This document shows positions 15,101 to 28,150 of a stretch of DNA of 64,000 nt, piece after piece. A program made the translations under genes and the position numbers. Source of the DNA: Octopus sinensis (taxonomy: Eukaryota). The stretch lies in contig NC_043007.1 of assembly GCF_006345805.1 (NCBI RefSeq), forward strand, positions 7,626,001 through 7,690,000. The letters run 5' to 3'. The notes beneath the pieces were generated by a model. That model was not told the DNA's origin, did no database searches, and saw only the letters and a program-made list of their open reading frames with translations. Position 1 is the first letter of the stretch. Every line of letters starts with the position of its first letter.

Positions 15101-15203
15101 CATTTAATCTCTTTATATGATATTTTGATTAAACCATGTATATTTGGTTTAGGTATCAATGCTTTTGTGCGTCTGAAAGAGTGTGTATTATATGTAAATA
15201 TGC

Positions 15204-15240
<37 letters not shown>

Positions 15241-17591
15241 ACATATATATATAGCCATGTCCAGAGAATAATATCTCTATATTTATGTAATTGCAAGCGG
15301 CCCATGATGTATTTATCAATGAGTACACAACTTATGAATACTTACTGCAGTGTACAAGTGTAGATGGATGTGGGAAAGCTTACAACGAATGATCTTAATG
15401 AAATAACCTTAATCAGAACACGGCTGGGCTTTCAGTTCAGCTTTGTTTGCATTGGTAAAATAAACAGTTTCGGAATAACTTGATGGATTAAAAGACAACA
15501 TTATTATGTGGATAAGGAGGCAAACAGGCAGTTTCCAATTGCATCTTCGGACTCTACGAGGAAAGATCAACCTGGTTCTGTTTATCTATTTTAGCATTAT
15601 TCAATAATGAATTGGAATCAGGCCAGGTTCGATTTAGTATTTTATAGATTGAAATTAATTAAAAACAGAAAATTGTCACCTTGATTCTATTCAACTATAT
15701 ATATTCATCCAGCCATGCGTACATTTATCCACTCATATATATATATACATACATGAATGTAATGCATACACATATGTGTAAACGAATGCATATATTTGCA
15801 CATAAATACATTCATACACGCATACGTTACATACCTCCATATATAACTACCTTCATACATATATACATATATGCATACATATAGATATGGACACATACAT
15901 GCCTACATACTTGAGCGCATGCATTCGTACATTGATAAATTATATAAAAACATACATTTATTCTTGAATGCATCACAAGCGTCCATATATATACATGCAT
16001 GCATAGCTCCCTGCTTATTTGCATATATACATTCATACATACACACACAGACATGCATACATACAGACATACATAAATACATACAGACATACATACATAG
16101 ATGCATACATACATCGTGGCTGCCCCCTCGTTATCGAGTATGGCCATTGCACGAAGCTTAATCAATGTTGTTATCGTGCAATGCCTGTGCAAAAAGATAT
16201 TTTTTTAAGTGAGGAAAGGCTGTGCACTGAGTCAATTCCACTCACTTAGCAACAGCAGCCATAATCCGAAAAGAAGAACAAGTCAACATCATAGGTAACC
16301 ACTGAGCCGCAGGTTTTAAGTCGGAGTTATCCTTGTTACCTGAGTTGCCTTCTCCTAGAAGGATGCCCTGACAAAGGCTAGGAGTCCTTCACTGCCAATG
16401 GTTTAACTGCGCAATTGGGTATTCAGTCCGATTATTTCTATGTTCCCGTGCATGATACAGTTTTAAGACATTTATTGGATGGCCGTTGACTCTCAAGAGT
16501 TCCTCCGCCCTTTGACGGGTTTTGTTTTTCATCCCGCAGGGTGACCAATAAACACCCTCCTCACCAAGCAAGCTTGGTGGGGTTGCTGGTTTAGTCGCCG
16601 ACGACCCGACCATGCAACAGGTTGTACTGGGTTACATGTTACCAGTAGCACTCGAAAGTGACCTGACATACATACATACATACATACATACATACATACA
16701 TACATACTTATGGATGGATTTTTGGAAGTGGTGTCAGTATTTTGGATCAAAATCATTTATCCAGGGCTTTCATCTCTTTTGAGAATTCCTAAAATAGTAG
16801 ACAGATATCTTTAAATAATACTTTGGGTTCTTCAAAAAGAAAGGTTGGTTGCATTGGTGAATATGATTCTAGAGATGCAAAGCAATGGAAATGTTACGAG
16901 AGAAGAGAAATATTCAAAGAAAATTGCATCAGTTTTTCTACGTTGGTTTTCACTTTATGCTAGGAATTGTTGATATGTTTGGTTAAAACATGTATGAATG
17001 GCAATCTGGAAAAGCTAGGATTTGTGATCAAACAGGATTTTCCACCACAAGGTGGAGCCCTTGTTGCTGTGTGTTGGTGTAAGTACCTCAACAACACTGA
17101 GAGCTATGCTAGCAAATCGCAAATACCTGCTGGGGACGAGCGTCTCGTGCCAATCAGGTCGAAGGGTACAGACCAGGCTATTGTGGTCGTTTCTTTCAAT
17201 AGGTAAAAATGGGCCAACGTCTTTACCAAGGAAAATCATAAAGTTATAGAAACATCGATGACAAAACGAGACCAACAAGACGTGGGATGGGAATTTCTTT
17301 CCTCGGTGAAGCACAAACGACAGTCCAGGGCCGAGCGCGGTGGAGGAAAGCGGTCGAAAAGAGGATTACTCCCCACAGGGGGCGAAGGGCTTCAGTAAGA
17401 TCACTTTGCAGACACAGTAAATGAGACCGTACGCGTATGCAAGGCTTTTATACTTTTCAATATTTAACAGGGTTTTGTTTTCCGAATTTCACTGATGAAG
17501 CTCTTGGGGTGTGTGGAGTGGAGAGAATATGCAAATTCTGTCTTTTAGAGATAATTCAAATAAATAGATAGATAAATAAATACTTGAGAAA

Positions 17592-17626
<35 letters not shown>

Positions 17627-18795
17627 TTTTGAGTGTGTTTGTGTGTGTGTGCATGTGTGTGTGTGTGTGTTTGTGTGTGTGCATGTGTGTGTGTGTGTTA
17701 TAATAAAAACAATTTCACATTAAACGAAAGGATTACTCAATACTTTTTGTAGATTTCAGATCTATTATTCTTTAATAAGCATGATGTTGACAGTGACTTC
17801 GATGTGTCAGTTTGCTGAGACCTGATTGGATTGTGGTACATTTGAGTTGAGCCTGGTTTTATGTATTTTCTGGGGTTGGTAAGTTCTGATAACTGATAAT
17901 TATTTCGTAAGGTAGCTTGCGAGCGAAAGATATTATACAAGATTTTCATTGATTAAGTTAAGGATTGTGGAACTTTGCAATCAGCAGTGTCTATTTAGAT
18001 GTGTCAGCTTCTGGTCCTGGGGTTGTCTTTTATAGGCTTCACAATAGAATGTATGTAGATGAAAAGGTTAGTTGGTAAGCAAATGTTTCACTAGGTTTAG
18101 TTGCTGGTGTTTTTTTTTATACTAATGGGAGATTTAACCTCTTGTTCTGGGAATGTGAAGGTTAAAGTTCACACCAGCATTTATACCTTAGTAAATAAAT
18201 ATTCATTTAAGTGTGTCGACTTTTAGAGAATGGATTTTTAAGGGTTCATAAAAGAATATAAGTAGGTGGAAAGTTTAGTTGGTCAGCATTTTTTTTAAAT
18301 ATTTTTTAGGAGATTTAACCTGTTTGTTTTGGGAAGGTGGAGTTTATCAGTCAGCATGTAAACCTCTATCATTAGGTGCGTTCATTCAGGCGCGCCAGCT
18401 TTAGGTCATGGTGTTGTTAATATAGAAATTTGCTTATCTTATGCTTTAATATCCACAAAAGTATGCAGATAGAGGGTAAGTTTAGTTGGTCAACAGATTT
18501 CTCTTTAGAAGTTAATTGTTCTAGATTATTATTTGATTATTATTTTGAAAATTTAACCTTTGTGTTTTGGGGAGATAAAGTTAATGTCTCTGCTTATTAT
18601 AGTTATTCATTTTATCTCGTTCCAAGTGTGCGTATTTTACAATAGATTACTTTATATTTCTGAATATGCGCGAAAGTGGGGCATTATATAAACGTGTATG
18701 TATATAATTATGTATAAATATAAATAAAAGTGAAAATAAATATAAAATACCCAAGAAAGGAAAAAATGTTACAGAGTAAAAGTTAAAGAGTAAAA

Positions 18796-18830
18796 GTATA
18801 ACGTTTCGGATATAATCCTTCGTCAGATAC
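18796..18830 (-). ncRNA. Minimal type I hammerhead-like motif in a dispersed repeat
   Basis: Minus strand reads GTAT CTGACGA A GGA ttata TCC GAAAC GTT ATAC: stem I GTAT/ATAC, stem II GGA/TCC, loopless palindromic stem III. Confidence 0.6.
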
Positions 18831-19192
18831 CAGAGGAAAGTCCAGGAGAGGGAAGGCAGTCCATGTGCGCGCGCGCGTGTGTGTATATATGTATCTACAC
18901 ATACATACATACATACATGCATACACACATATGCGTCTACACACACATACATACATACATACACACATATGTCTCTCTACACACACAGATACATACATAC
19001 ACACACATACATACATTTATATATACATCCATATATACATAAGGGAAAACATATACAGAAGGGATAAAGTAATCGGTTTTTTGTGCTCTATATAATGTAC
19101 ACATATTTACGTGTTTCAGAAAGACGGCCACCGTAATTTAGGTGGCCTCAGTGGCCCCATCAATGTGCGCGCGCGCGCGTGGTGTGTGTGTG

Positions 19193-19226
<34 letters not shown>

Positions 19227-19688
19227 AGTTTTTGTGCTTGTGTGCATATGTGTGGGGGAGAAAAAGAGAGGGACAGAGACTGCTTAGTCTTAAACATATT
19301 TGCTACTTCATGTTTCGTGTTACGCGGTGTTTATGACAGAGGTTGTCGACGAAATATTCAGGTTAATCACTGATATTATATGGCCGTCATAATTAGTAAT
19401 CATTGAGTTTCGATATGAAATATTGGAGACCATATCATAGCGGAGTGTGGCAGAGGGGGGGGAGACAGAAAATAGAGTAAAACATAGAGAACCACAGGAA
19501 GAAAAGGAAGAGAAAAGAGCGAAAGAGAGAGGGGGAGGAGAGAGAGAGACAGATAGAAAGAAGTAAAGCGAGGAAGGGAGGAAATAGAAAGAGAAAATAT
19601 GGGGATATAGATATGTAAGTGTATGTATATTTGTAGGGGATGTGTAAGTCATTGCGTGTAGGTGGGGGTATGTTTGAGTGTGTGAAAT

Positions 19689-19737
<49 letters not shown>

Positions 19738-19867
19738 AAATAGATAGATAGATAAATAGATACAGAGAGAGAGAGAGGGGGGAGAAATACATACATGCAT
19801 ATAGATAAAAGTATGTGTATGTATGTATGAGATGTGTGAGTGAACGCATATGTTTATATATTTTTGA

Positions 19868-19907
<40 letters not shown>

Positions 19908-20084
19908 TGTGTGTGTGTGTGTGTGCGTGGTGTGCCGTGGTGGAAGTTTATAATGTAAATAAATAAAGGAGAGAATTAGCGTTGGACGATGGATGTGTCC
20001 AGTCTTGTTCCGTTTCATTTGAAGCCAACACGAACAGATTAATGAAGTCAGGGACATACAGTGATGTGATAACGGTTGTGAAAG

Positions 20085-20217
20085 CAGCGGTGGTGGCGAC
20101 GGCGATTGTGGTGGCGGTGGTGGTGGTGGTGGCGACGGCGATTGTGGTGGCGGTGGTGGTGGTGGTGGTGGTGGCGGCGGCGGTGGTGGTGGCGGTGGTG
20201 GTGGCGGCGACGACGGC

Positions 20218-20248
<31 letters not shown>

Positions 20249-20345
20249 ACGGCGGCGATTGGGGTGGCGGTGGCGGTGGTGGTGGTGGTGGTGGCGGAGG
20301 CAGTGGTGGTGGCGGCGGAGGCGGCGGAGGCGGCGGCGGTGGTGG
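20085..20345. repeat. (GGT/GGC/GAC)n trinucleotide tract
   Basis: Direct inspection; the poly-Val/Ala/Thr/Arg ORFs here are repeat artefacts. Confidence 0.95.
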
Positions 20346-20528
20346 AGTCGATGCTGTTCTTTGTTGTGGCTCTTATATTTTTTAACTCCATTCGACATCT
20401 TATGAACTGAAGTACCGTTTGTTACACCTTTCCAACGAGACATTCATTGCTCTCCACTAATTCATTTTCTGATGACCAGAAGTGTCAAGAAATTGTCACA
20501 TCATCATTATCATCATCACCATCATTAC

Positions 20529-20592
<64 letters not shown>

Positions 20593-21336
20593 ATGTAAAC
20601 TCTCAGCTTTTTTACTGGATATTATTGAAAGTGTCCGCTGTCCACAGCCAGGAGACTAAGATGGCACTTATTTACTGGTCATGCTTCAAGAACCCTGCGA
20701 AGAATTCTTGCAGTTCCAAGCAATGATAAATTTGTTGGTGTTCTACCTTCACACTTGCACCAATCCTTTTTTAACCATGTCTCCTGGAGTACTCCGGTAG
20801 TAACACTCTATACTCGCCGTGTTTTCTTGTTTACTCAACTTACATCTTCTGGCATGGCTAGTAGTTGCTGGATTACGACCGGGCCCACCCTGCTGCATGC
20901 TGGGGCACATTCCCCATTGGTTCCAGTCCCGTTCACACCATTATCGTTATCTATTTTGCTTAGATTTTCACTCATAAATGAGGTGTGTTTTGGTATTTTT
21001 AACGAGAAACCATATCTATCAAGGTAGTCCACCAAGGTGGCAAGAGCCTTGCTCTCCTGGTTTTGAACTCAGAGTATTCCTTCTCCTAGGCCGCTTGCCA
21101 TCCAACGCTAGCGTGTACAGCCTACACGGAGCACTGGTTATTTGAAGGCGCCAGATACTCGCCTTTTCCTACACTTCTGTTCCTTTGGCGAAAGAGTCAG
21201 GCTTGACTGTCAGTGGATAGGTCTTCTGCACGCCATTGGGGAATTTTATAAGTGGTGGGCGCTCAATTCTCCTCACCACCCAGTATTGACTATTATTATT
21301 ATTTTGTTGTTGTTGTTGTTGTTGTTGTTGTTCTGA

Positions 21337-23706
21337 AAGACTCTCGGATAGTTCTTAATTACCGGTTATTCTTTACTTGAAAGCAGACAATAACAAATCA
21401 CCAAAGGTTTCAAGTAGTGCCTTCTCCTGTGACTCAAAGAGATGATACTCTCCTTAGAATGCGAGTTGTACCCAAAAATGCTGTCTTCTGAATCACTTCG
21501 AGCCTGACAGCAGATCCAATATTCTTAATATGTTTTTCAAGGCCCTTGGAAACTGCTCCTTATGCTCCAATTACCACAAGGTATCACCATTACTTTCCTC
21601 ATGCCCCATAACTTTCCTATCTCGTCTCGCAGTGGTTGGTATTTCTCACTCTTTTCTGTTTCCTTACATTTCTACTTCGAATCCCCTAATATTGCAACAT
21701 CCATTATCTTTGCTTCTTTTTCATTGTTATGGATGATCACGATATCTCGCCATATCGTCTCTATGACTTGGTCACTCTGTATGTTAAAATCCCAGAGTAT
21801 TTTGTAATGTTCGTTTTCCATTACTCTCTCTAGCTTGTGTTCATACCATTGTTCGGCTCTCTTGAGGTTTGCTTTACCACACAACAGCCAGTGGACATGT
21901 CTGGACACATTGTCGTGTTTCCTTTTGATTTCGCATTGTGCGAGCTTACAGCATTCACTAACAAAATGGCTTATACTTTCTCCTTCCTCAGAGAACATTC
22001 TACATTGTGGCGAGTCAAGTTCTTTTAGAAATGTAATATTTGGAGGAGTTTGTTCTGAGAGCTTGTTCTTGAGCGCTGCACACTAATGCCTGAATGGGCC
22101 CTTTTAAGTCTCCTTTCTGCAGCCATTGCCAAGTTTTGTTCCAATCAATCTCCTCTTTATTCTCCAAGAACTGACTGCATTTTCTTGTCCTGCCAAATTT
22201 TCTTCATCTGCTTTCTCTGGTCTTTCTTAAATTGTGTTGGATCTATGGCTTCGTTCATTTTTAAGGTTCTCTGCTTTTTCACAGCTTCAATCATTTCTTC
22301 CCCGTCTTCTTTCTTTCCTCTTTACAAAATATCTTGACGCATCACTCTTGGAGTCTAGTTCCTTGTTCTTTGTCATTAATTTACGTGTTCTCTGGTCTAT
22401 CTCTTGTAATTCATGCTTCTTCCAAGATACTATTCTTGCCCTATATCTCATCAAAGCAATTGCTCTAATCTTATGAATAACAAATTTTTGACTTTTTGTT
22501 GGCGGCTTTTGAATATATACCCAGCTTTTGCTTTCCTCGGAATCAGTGTTAGTGGTATCACGCAGAGTACAAAGATCAGTGTGGACAAGCAGTCCCCTTG
22601 GAGGATGACCCTCCGAATTCCTACTGTCCCTAAACTTCTTCTGTATGCTGTCATCTCCGTCCTCCAATTCGCCATACTTTTTCCAAGCAATCGCTCAACA
22701 TTCAATGCAATACCAAATAGGTTCATACATTCCATAATTTTGCATTTTCTAAGTATAGTTTTGTCTATCAGGAGTTGATCCTTGGTACCTCTGAAACTTA
22801 CACTTGCAACCCTTCTGCTTATGTGACAGGACTCCAAATTTTTCCAGATGTTCGTCTCCGAGTATTCCAGTCAATAATTTCCACATAAGTGGCAAACAGG
22901 ATATTGGCCTGTATATGTCTATCGTAAAGCCTTTTTCGATGTTTTTCTGGCACAGCACTGTCCTACTTAATTTCAACCACTCTGGTATTACTTGGTCGGC
23001 ATTTAACAAGGTGATGAGTTGTGTCACCTATTCGAGCATTACATTCACCAAATCTTTTGATCCAGTAGCCTTGAACTCCATTTGGTCCCGGGGCCTTCCA
23101 GTTGCTCTTTTTTGGTGGGGCTGATTTCCTTCACTTCCTTAACTGAAATGACTAGTTCTGCCTGTTTTGGACAGACTACTTTTTGTTTCAGTTCTTGCAA
23201 CCATTCACCATCCTTCTTGTGCTCCTTGTCTTTGCTCCAGATGTCACTCCAAAACCTTTGACTTTCAATGTTATCTGGTATCAACTTTTCATCTGTACAC
23301 TCACCATTTATATCTTTATAGAATCTCTTCTGATCTACTCTGAATAACCTATTCCGGTGGTAACCCTTCATTCTTTGGTCGAATCTTACCTTCTTTGCTT
23401 TCTTTGCAACGAGGCGCTGTTTCAGTTCCTCCACAACTAATTTCAGGCCGTTTCTTTCAATATTATACTTCCTTTTCAGCGTCCTGTATTTTTGTTCGCT
23501 TTTAAGCTCCCCTTTTCTCTTTTCGGTCCAACACAGAGATTTCCTTGGAGAGCATCTCTGCCCTGCCTGAATCCTCCTTTTCCTCCATTGATATTTTCTT
23601 CTGTCACTCCCATTTTGTTTCTTTGTCTTGACCCACATTTTCTGCTTCAGCATCACTTGTTGCCTTCATCAAATTATTTGTTTCTGTGATGTTGTTTGTT
23701 CTGATG
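21337..23706 (-). mobile_element. R4/Dong-like RLE LINE fragment B (5'-truncated; RT, CCHC knuckle, RLE)
   Basis: YRPISCLPLMWKLLTGIL, LQGDCLS, ESISHFVSEC..LAQ.E.KRKHD, KILWDFNIQSDQ..DIVII, KTAFLGTTRILRRV*. 3' tail (CAA)n(TAA)n; the 5' junction lies in (TAA/TAG)n. Confidence 0.85.
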
Positions 23707-23715
23707 TATTATTAT

Positions 23716-23792
<77 letters not shown>

Positions 23793-23825
23793 TTATTATT
23801 ATTATTATTATTATTATTATCATTC
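23707..23825. repeat. (ATT)(ACT)n(ATT)n microsatellite spacer between RLE elements B and C
   Basis: Direct inspection. Confidence 0.95.
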
Positions 23826-23831
23826 ATTCGA

Positions 23832-25902
23832 AACACAGTGTAAGGTGAGAATGCACCGGAGTCATTAGTCATCTATCAAGTCACTACAAGGACCTCAGAC
23901 AGGTAATGCTTTCCTTAAGATGTGCGTTGTGCCCAATAAGGCTGCTTTTTGCAAGACATCAATCTTGCATGGGATTGCCAGTTGCCTTAAGAAGTCTTGA
24001 AGTTTCAATGGGATTGAGCCCAACGCTCCGATCACCACTGATATCACTTTTACATTACTCTCTCGCATTCCATACAGTCTTGCCATTTCCACTTTGAATT
24101 CGGAGTACTTGGTGATTTTTTCAACCTCTTTACTCACAGCATTCATGTCATTTGGTAAGGTCACATTAATGATCTGACAATATTTGTCTCTCTTACTCAA
24201 TATGACAATATCTGGCCGATGGTGTTCGATTACACGATCCTTCTAAAAATCATAGTCCCAGAGTATCGTTACTTTTTCATCCTCCTGCATATAAGTTTAG
24301 TTGGTACATAGTCATACCAGTTCTCTGTTACTTCATATCGGTTTTTACGGCATAAGAGCCAATGAAGATACACACACATTTTATCGTGGCGGCGCTAGTA
24401 TTCTTTTTGTGCAAGGCTCTCACATCCACTTACCAAGTGGGTCACATTTTACACACTCTTTCCACAGAGTTTTATAGATGTAATACTTCATTGAATTGGT
24501 AGCGTGAACCTGGTGTTGTGCAGCAATGATCGAGCTTTCTGTGGTACGCTTCGAATCACCTCACTCAAGCCATGCCCACGATGCTCTATTATCCTTTACG
24601 TCCTGTGTATTCCTTTCAAACTGTCCTTGCATTCTCATTTCAAGAAGGTCTTCTTTTCTCTTCTCCTCAGCTCTTTGGTTAAACTCTTCCTTGCCCATCA
24701 CTTCATCTGCATTTACACCCGTATCTTTCGCGGCATATTGCAGCAGGTCTTCGTCACTATTTATCAAATACTCTGCAAGCGTTCTCCTTTCACTCCTTAT
24801 ACAATGGTCCTTATACAGTTATTCCTCTGCCACCATTCTTTCTTTTCATATACAGTCCGTCTACATTTGCGTTAGGGTGTAGCGCCCCATGCAGTGTCAT
24901 CAACTTTCTCATCCTTCTATCCAGCGTTGATACTTCCTCCTTCGTCCATTTGAGGATGGACGCACTATATCTGACCAAAGCTACTGCCCAGATATTCATT
25001 ACGGTAATCAAATCTTTGGCATTTAGGTTGGATATCAACACCATGTTCATCCCTTTTTGATACTCCTCGCTGACCTCGACGTTCATTTCTCTGTGTAGAA
25101 TGTCATCCAGCTCCCAGATCCCTAAATATCTATACCCACTATCGTCGCTTCACCCATGGTCTCTTCTGATGGTAACCGCAATCCTTTGTAGGATGCTTTC
25201 TTCTCTCCTTTTATATTATGTACTGAGCATTTGGTAATTTCAAATTCCATACCGATGTCCCTACCACACTTCTGGACTGTTCTGGTTAAGGAATCTATCT
25301 GTTTTTCAGATTTCCCAAACAATTTCAGGTCATCCATACACAGAAGATGGTTCAAAGATGGGCCTTTCTTCCCATATCGGTAAACCACCTTAACTTTCAT
25401 AAGTTTCATTGTTATGGGTATTAGTGCCAGGAAAGTGTATGTCTTTGCCGCACATATTCCAGTGAGTATATTCCAGATTATGTTTAGGCATGCTATGGGA
25501 CGGTAGTTTCCCGCAATATTTCCCTTTCTTCTATCTTTCGTTCTTTCCTCTTTACAAGCAACCTTGTCACACCACTCTTGGGGTGAAGTTCCTTGTTCAT
25601 TGTCATTAATTTACGTGTTCTCCGGTCTATATCTTGCAATTCTTCCTCCAAGATACTATTCCTGCCCCATATCTCATCACAGCAACCGCCCACGTGTTAT
25701 TTGCTCTAATCTTATAATCGAGTTCCCTTCAAATACTCATTCCTGTACACTTCTTTCATCTTGTGTTCATTCATTTTATCTCTTTCAATGACACCCAGGT
25801 ACTTATATCCTTCCTCTCCGACTTCCCTGATAGATCCACTACTTTCCAGCTTGATCCCTTGGCTTTTACTGATTTCCCCCCTTTTAAGAATCATTACACC
25901 AC
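23832..25902 (-). mobile_element. R4/Dong-like RLE LINE fragments C (two abutting pieces, junction ~25480)
   Basis: NHLLCMDDLKLFG, YLGIWELD, WAVALVRY, GLYMKRKNGGRG, RRHDK..VSSLA, RPDIV..K...CQIINVTLPND...KE.EKITKY, QKAALLGTTHILRKAL*. (AAT)n at both ends. Confidence 0.85.
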
Positions 25903-26449
25903 ATTATTATTATTATTATTGTTGTTGTTGTTGTTGTTATTACACCCAGGAGCCATATGGGGGCAATTTGAGGTCGACGATGATAATGATGATGATGACG
26001 AAGATGATGATGATGATGACGCAGCTGTTTTAGTATTTGATGATCGTAACGACGATTAAGATAACATAAAGATGACGACGACGGCGATGATGATAAGGAT
26101 GATGATGATGTTGGTGGTGCTGGTGTGGGAAGCGTGGTGGTGGTGGTGTGTGCACGATGGTGGCGATGACGAGGAAACGGAGGCAATTGACAGACTGTCA
26201 GAACATGTCAGAACGGATTCGCCAAAAGATCAATAACAGCAAATGAAAAAAATAAAAGAAGGAAAAGTAAAGATAAACAACAAAACAAAATAACCAAATA
26301 AAAGCAACAAAAATAATAACAAAAATAAAGATTTTTTTTTTAAGCCGTGGGAAGAGAAGTTCGATAGAATAACCGATGATTGATTAAGTTTTAAAATGAC
26401 GAAGGCAAAACACCATCCAGGATTTCATAGGGATAAGTACAAAATTACA

Positions 26450-26476
26450 GGTGGTGGTGGTGGTGGTGGTGGTGGT

Positions 26477-26508
<32 letters not shown>

Positions 26509-26735
26509 TGATGGTGGTGATGGTGGTGGTGATGGTGGTTGTGGTGGTGGTGGTGGCGGTGGTGGTGGTGGTGGTGATGGTGGTGGTGGTGGTGGTTGTG
26601 GTGGTGGTGGCGGTGGTGGTGCTGGTGCTGGTGGTGGCGGCGGCGGCGGCGGTGGTGGTGGTGGTGGTGGCAGTGGTGGTGGTGGTTGTGGTGGTGGTGG
26701 CGGTGGTGGTGGCGGTGGTGGTGGTGGCGGTGGTC
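26450..26735. repeat. (GGT/GGC)n trinucleotide tract
   Basis: Direct inspection. Confidence 0.95.
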
Positions 26736-27289
26736 TGAGTCGGAAAATCAAGGATGATGAATTTTAGGTAAGTTTGTACTGTCGTAGGAATAGAAAAATA
26801 TAATGACTTTGAAGTGACTTTTCATTCGAGAAAGAGAGAGAAAAGGAGGGAGGAGAGAAACAGCGAAAGAGAGAGAGAGAGAGACGGACCCCTCGGCTGA
26901 TTGATATTCAGTCCCACTTCCAGCCTCCCTTGGCTCTCTCACATTTCTATCGTTACTCTGGGTTGGTTGGTTTCCGTCACTCAAATTCCACTCGTCTCCC
27001 GCAATTCCCCTCACCCTTGTTCCATTTTCCCCATCCTCAGACTCGCATTAACTTCTATTCCCAGTCTCAGCCATCCACGGACAATTCGTCTTTCTTTCAC
27101 CACCTTTCTTCCTTCGAATCCATCCTCGGTTCAGCACTAACAATCCTTTCTCCCCAGACATTCGTCCCACTGCAATGATCCCGTGTATGTCTTACCAACG
27201 GGTGTTAATCTGCAACAGTCTAAATGAAACATTAACGGCATCAAGCTCAACTGTTTCACGGGTGGTTGCTTGAAAAGGTCATGGGTACC

Positions 27290-27522
27290 TATTTCTTTAC
27301 TACCCACAAGGGGCTAAACACAGAGAGGACAAACAAGGACAGACAAACGGATTTAGTCGATTACATCGACCCCAGTGCGTAACTAGTACTTAATTTATCG
27401 ACCCCGAAAAGATGAAAGGCAAAGTCGACCTCGGCGGAATTTGAACTCACAACGTAACGGCAGACGAAATACGGCTACGCATTTCGCCCGGCGTGCTAAC
27501 GTTTCTGCCAGCTCCTCGCCGC
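27290..27522 (-). mobile_element. tRNA-derived SINE family 2, full length with 21-bp TSD
   Basis: Reverse complement of the 31907 copy; TSD cttgaaaag(g/c)tcatgggtacc at 27269-89 and 27523-43; B-box-like gagttcaaattcc. Confidence 0.88.
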
Positions 27523-27899
27523 CTTGAAAAGCTCATGGGTACCACCACTCTCTCCACACTCAGTAGGCACAAAATAAACGCGTCCAGCCTCTCACGAAAA
27601 CGCAGCTTCATGACGTCAGATTACTCTTTCTATGAACTTATCCAACCGCGTATATTTCACTAACAGTCTCCTTTGAAGATATCGATTATCAAAAATCGTT
27701 TCTCTTTGTTGTTGCTTTTAGATTTTAAATGCTCCGCAAAGATTTTCCTCTCCTAATGATTAGGATACTCTTAATTACTAAAAGCTTTTTTTTCTTTTTG
27801 AGATCACTATTATACATATTTGAGATCGTTTCGCGAGATTGTAGGGAATGTTTTTGGTACGGAATTGAGATGAAAATATATACTTCATAGCAGAGTACA

Positions 27900-28150
27900 G
27901 GTAAAGGGACAGTTACCTTTTCCAGCCACGCCAGGCTCATAAGGGTCACTTTCCTGTTTCCATGGCGTATGAATTACCCAAAATGGACGGGACGCCGGAT
28001 TACTCATTTTTGCCAGCTGAGTTGACCGGAACAATGTGAAATGAAGTGTCTTGCTCAAGAACACAACGCGTCGCCCGGTCCAGGAATCGAAACTACAATC
28101 TTACGATCATGAGTGCAACACCCTAACCACTAAGCCACGCGCCTCCACTA
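27900..28150 (-). mobile_element. tRNA-derived SINE (family 4)
   Basis: Minus strand head gcttagtggttagggtgttgcactcatgatcg...tttcgattcctggacc, with A/B-box-like motifs. Relatives at 31335-31600(+) and 58630-58720(-). Confidence 0.7.

Noticed and set aside
17740-18650. Penelope RT remnant next to the minimal hammerhead
   Set aside because: Only a vague resemblance; no diagnostic RT motif is readable without a profile search.
19948-20443. Mucin-like, poly-Val or poly-Arg ORFs
   Set aside because: All six frames are open only because of the triplet repeat; there is no splice or homology support.
26396-26775. Poly-Gly ORF followed by a strong AG|GTAAGT donor
   Set aside because: All three + frames hit stops before the donor, and I found no partner exon. 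At most a non-coding exon.
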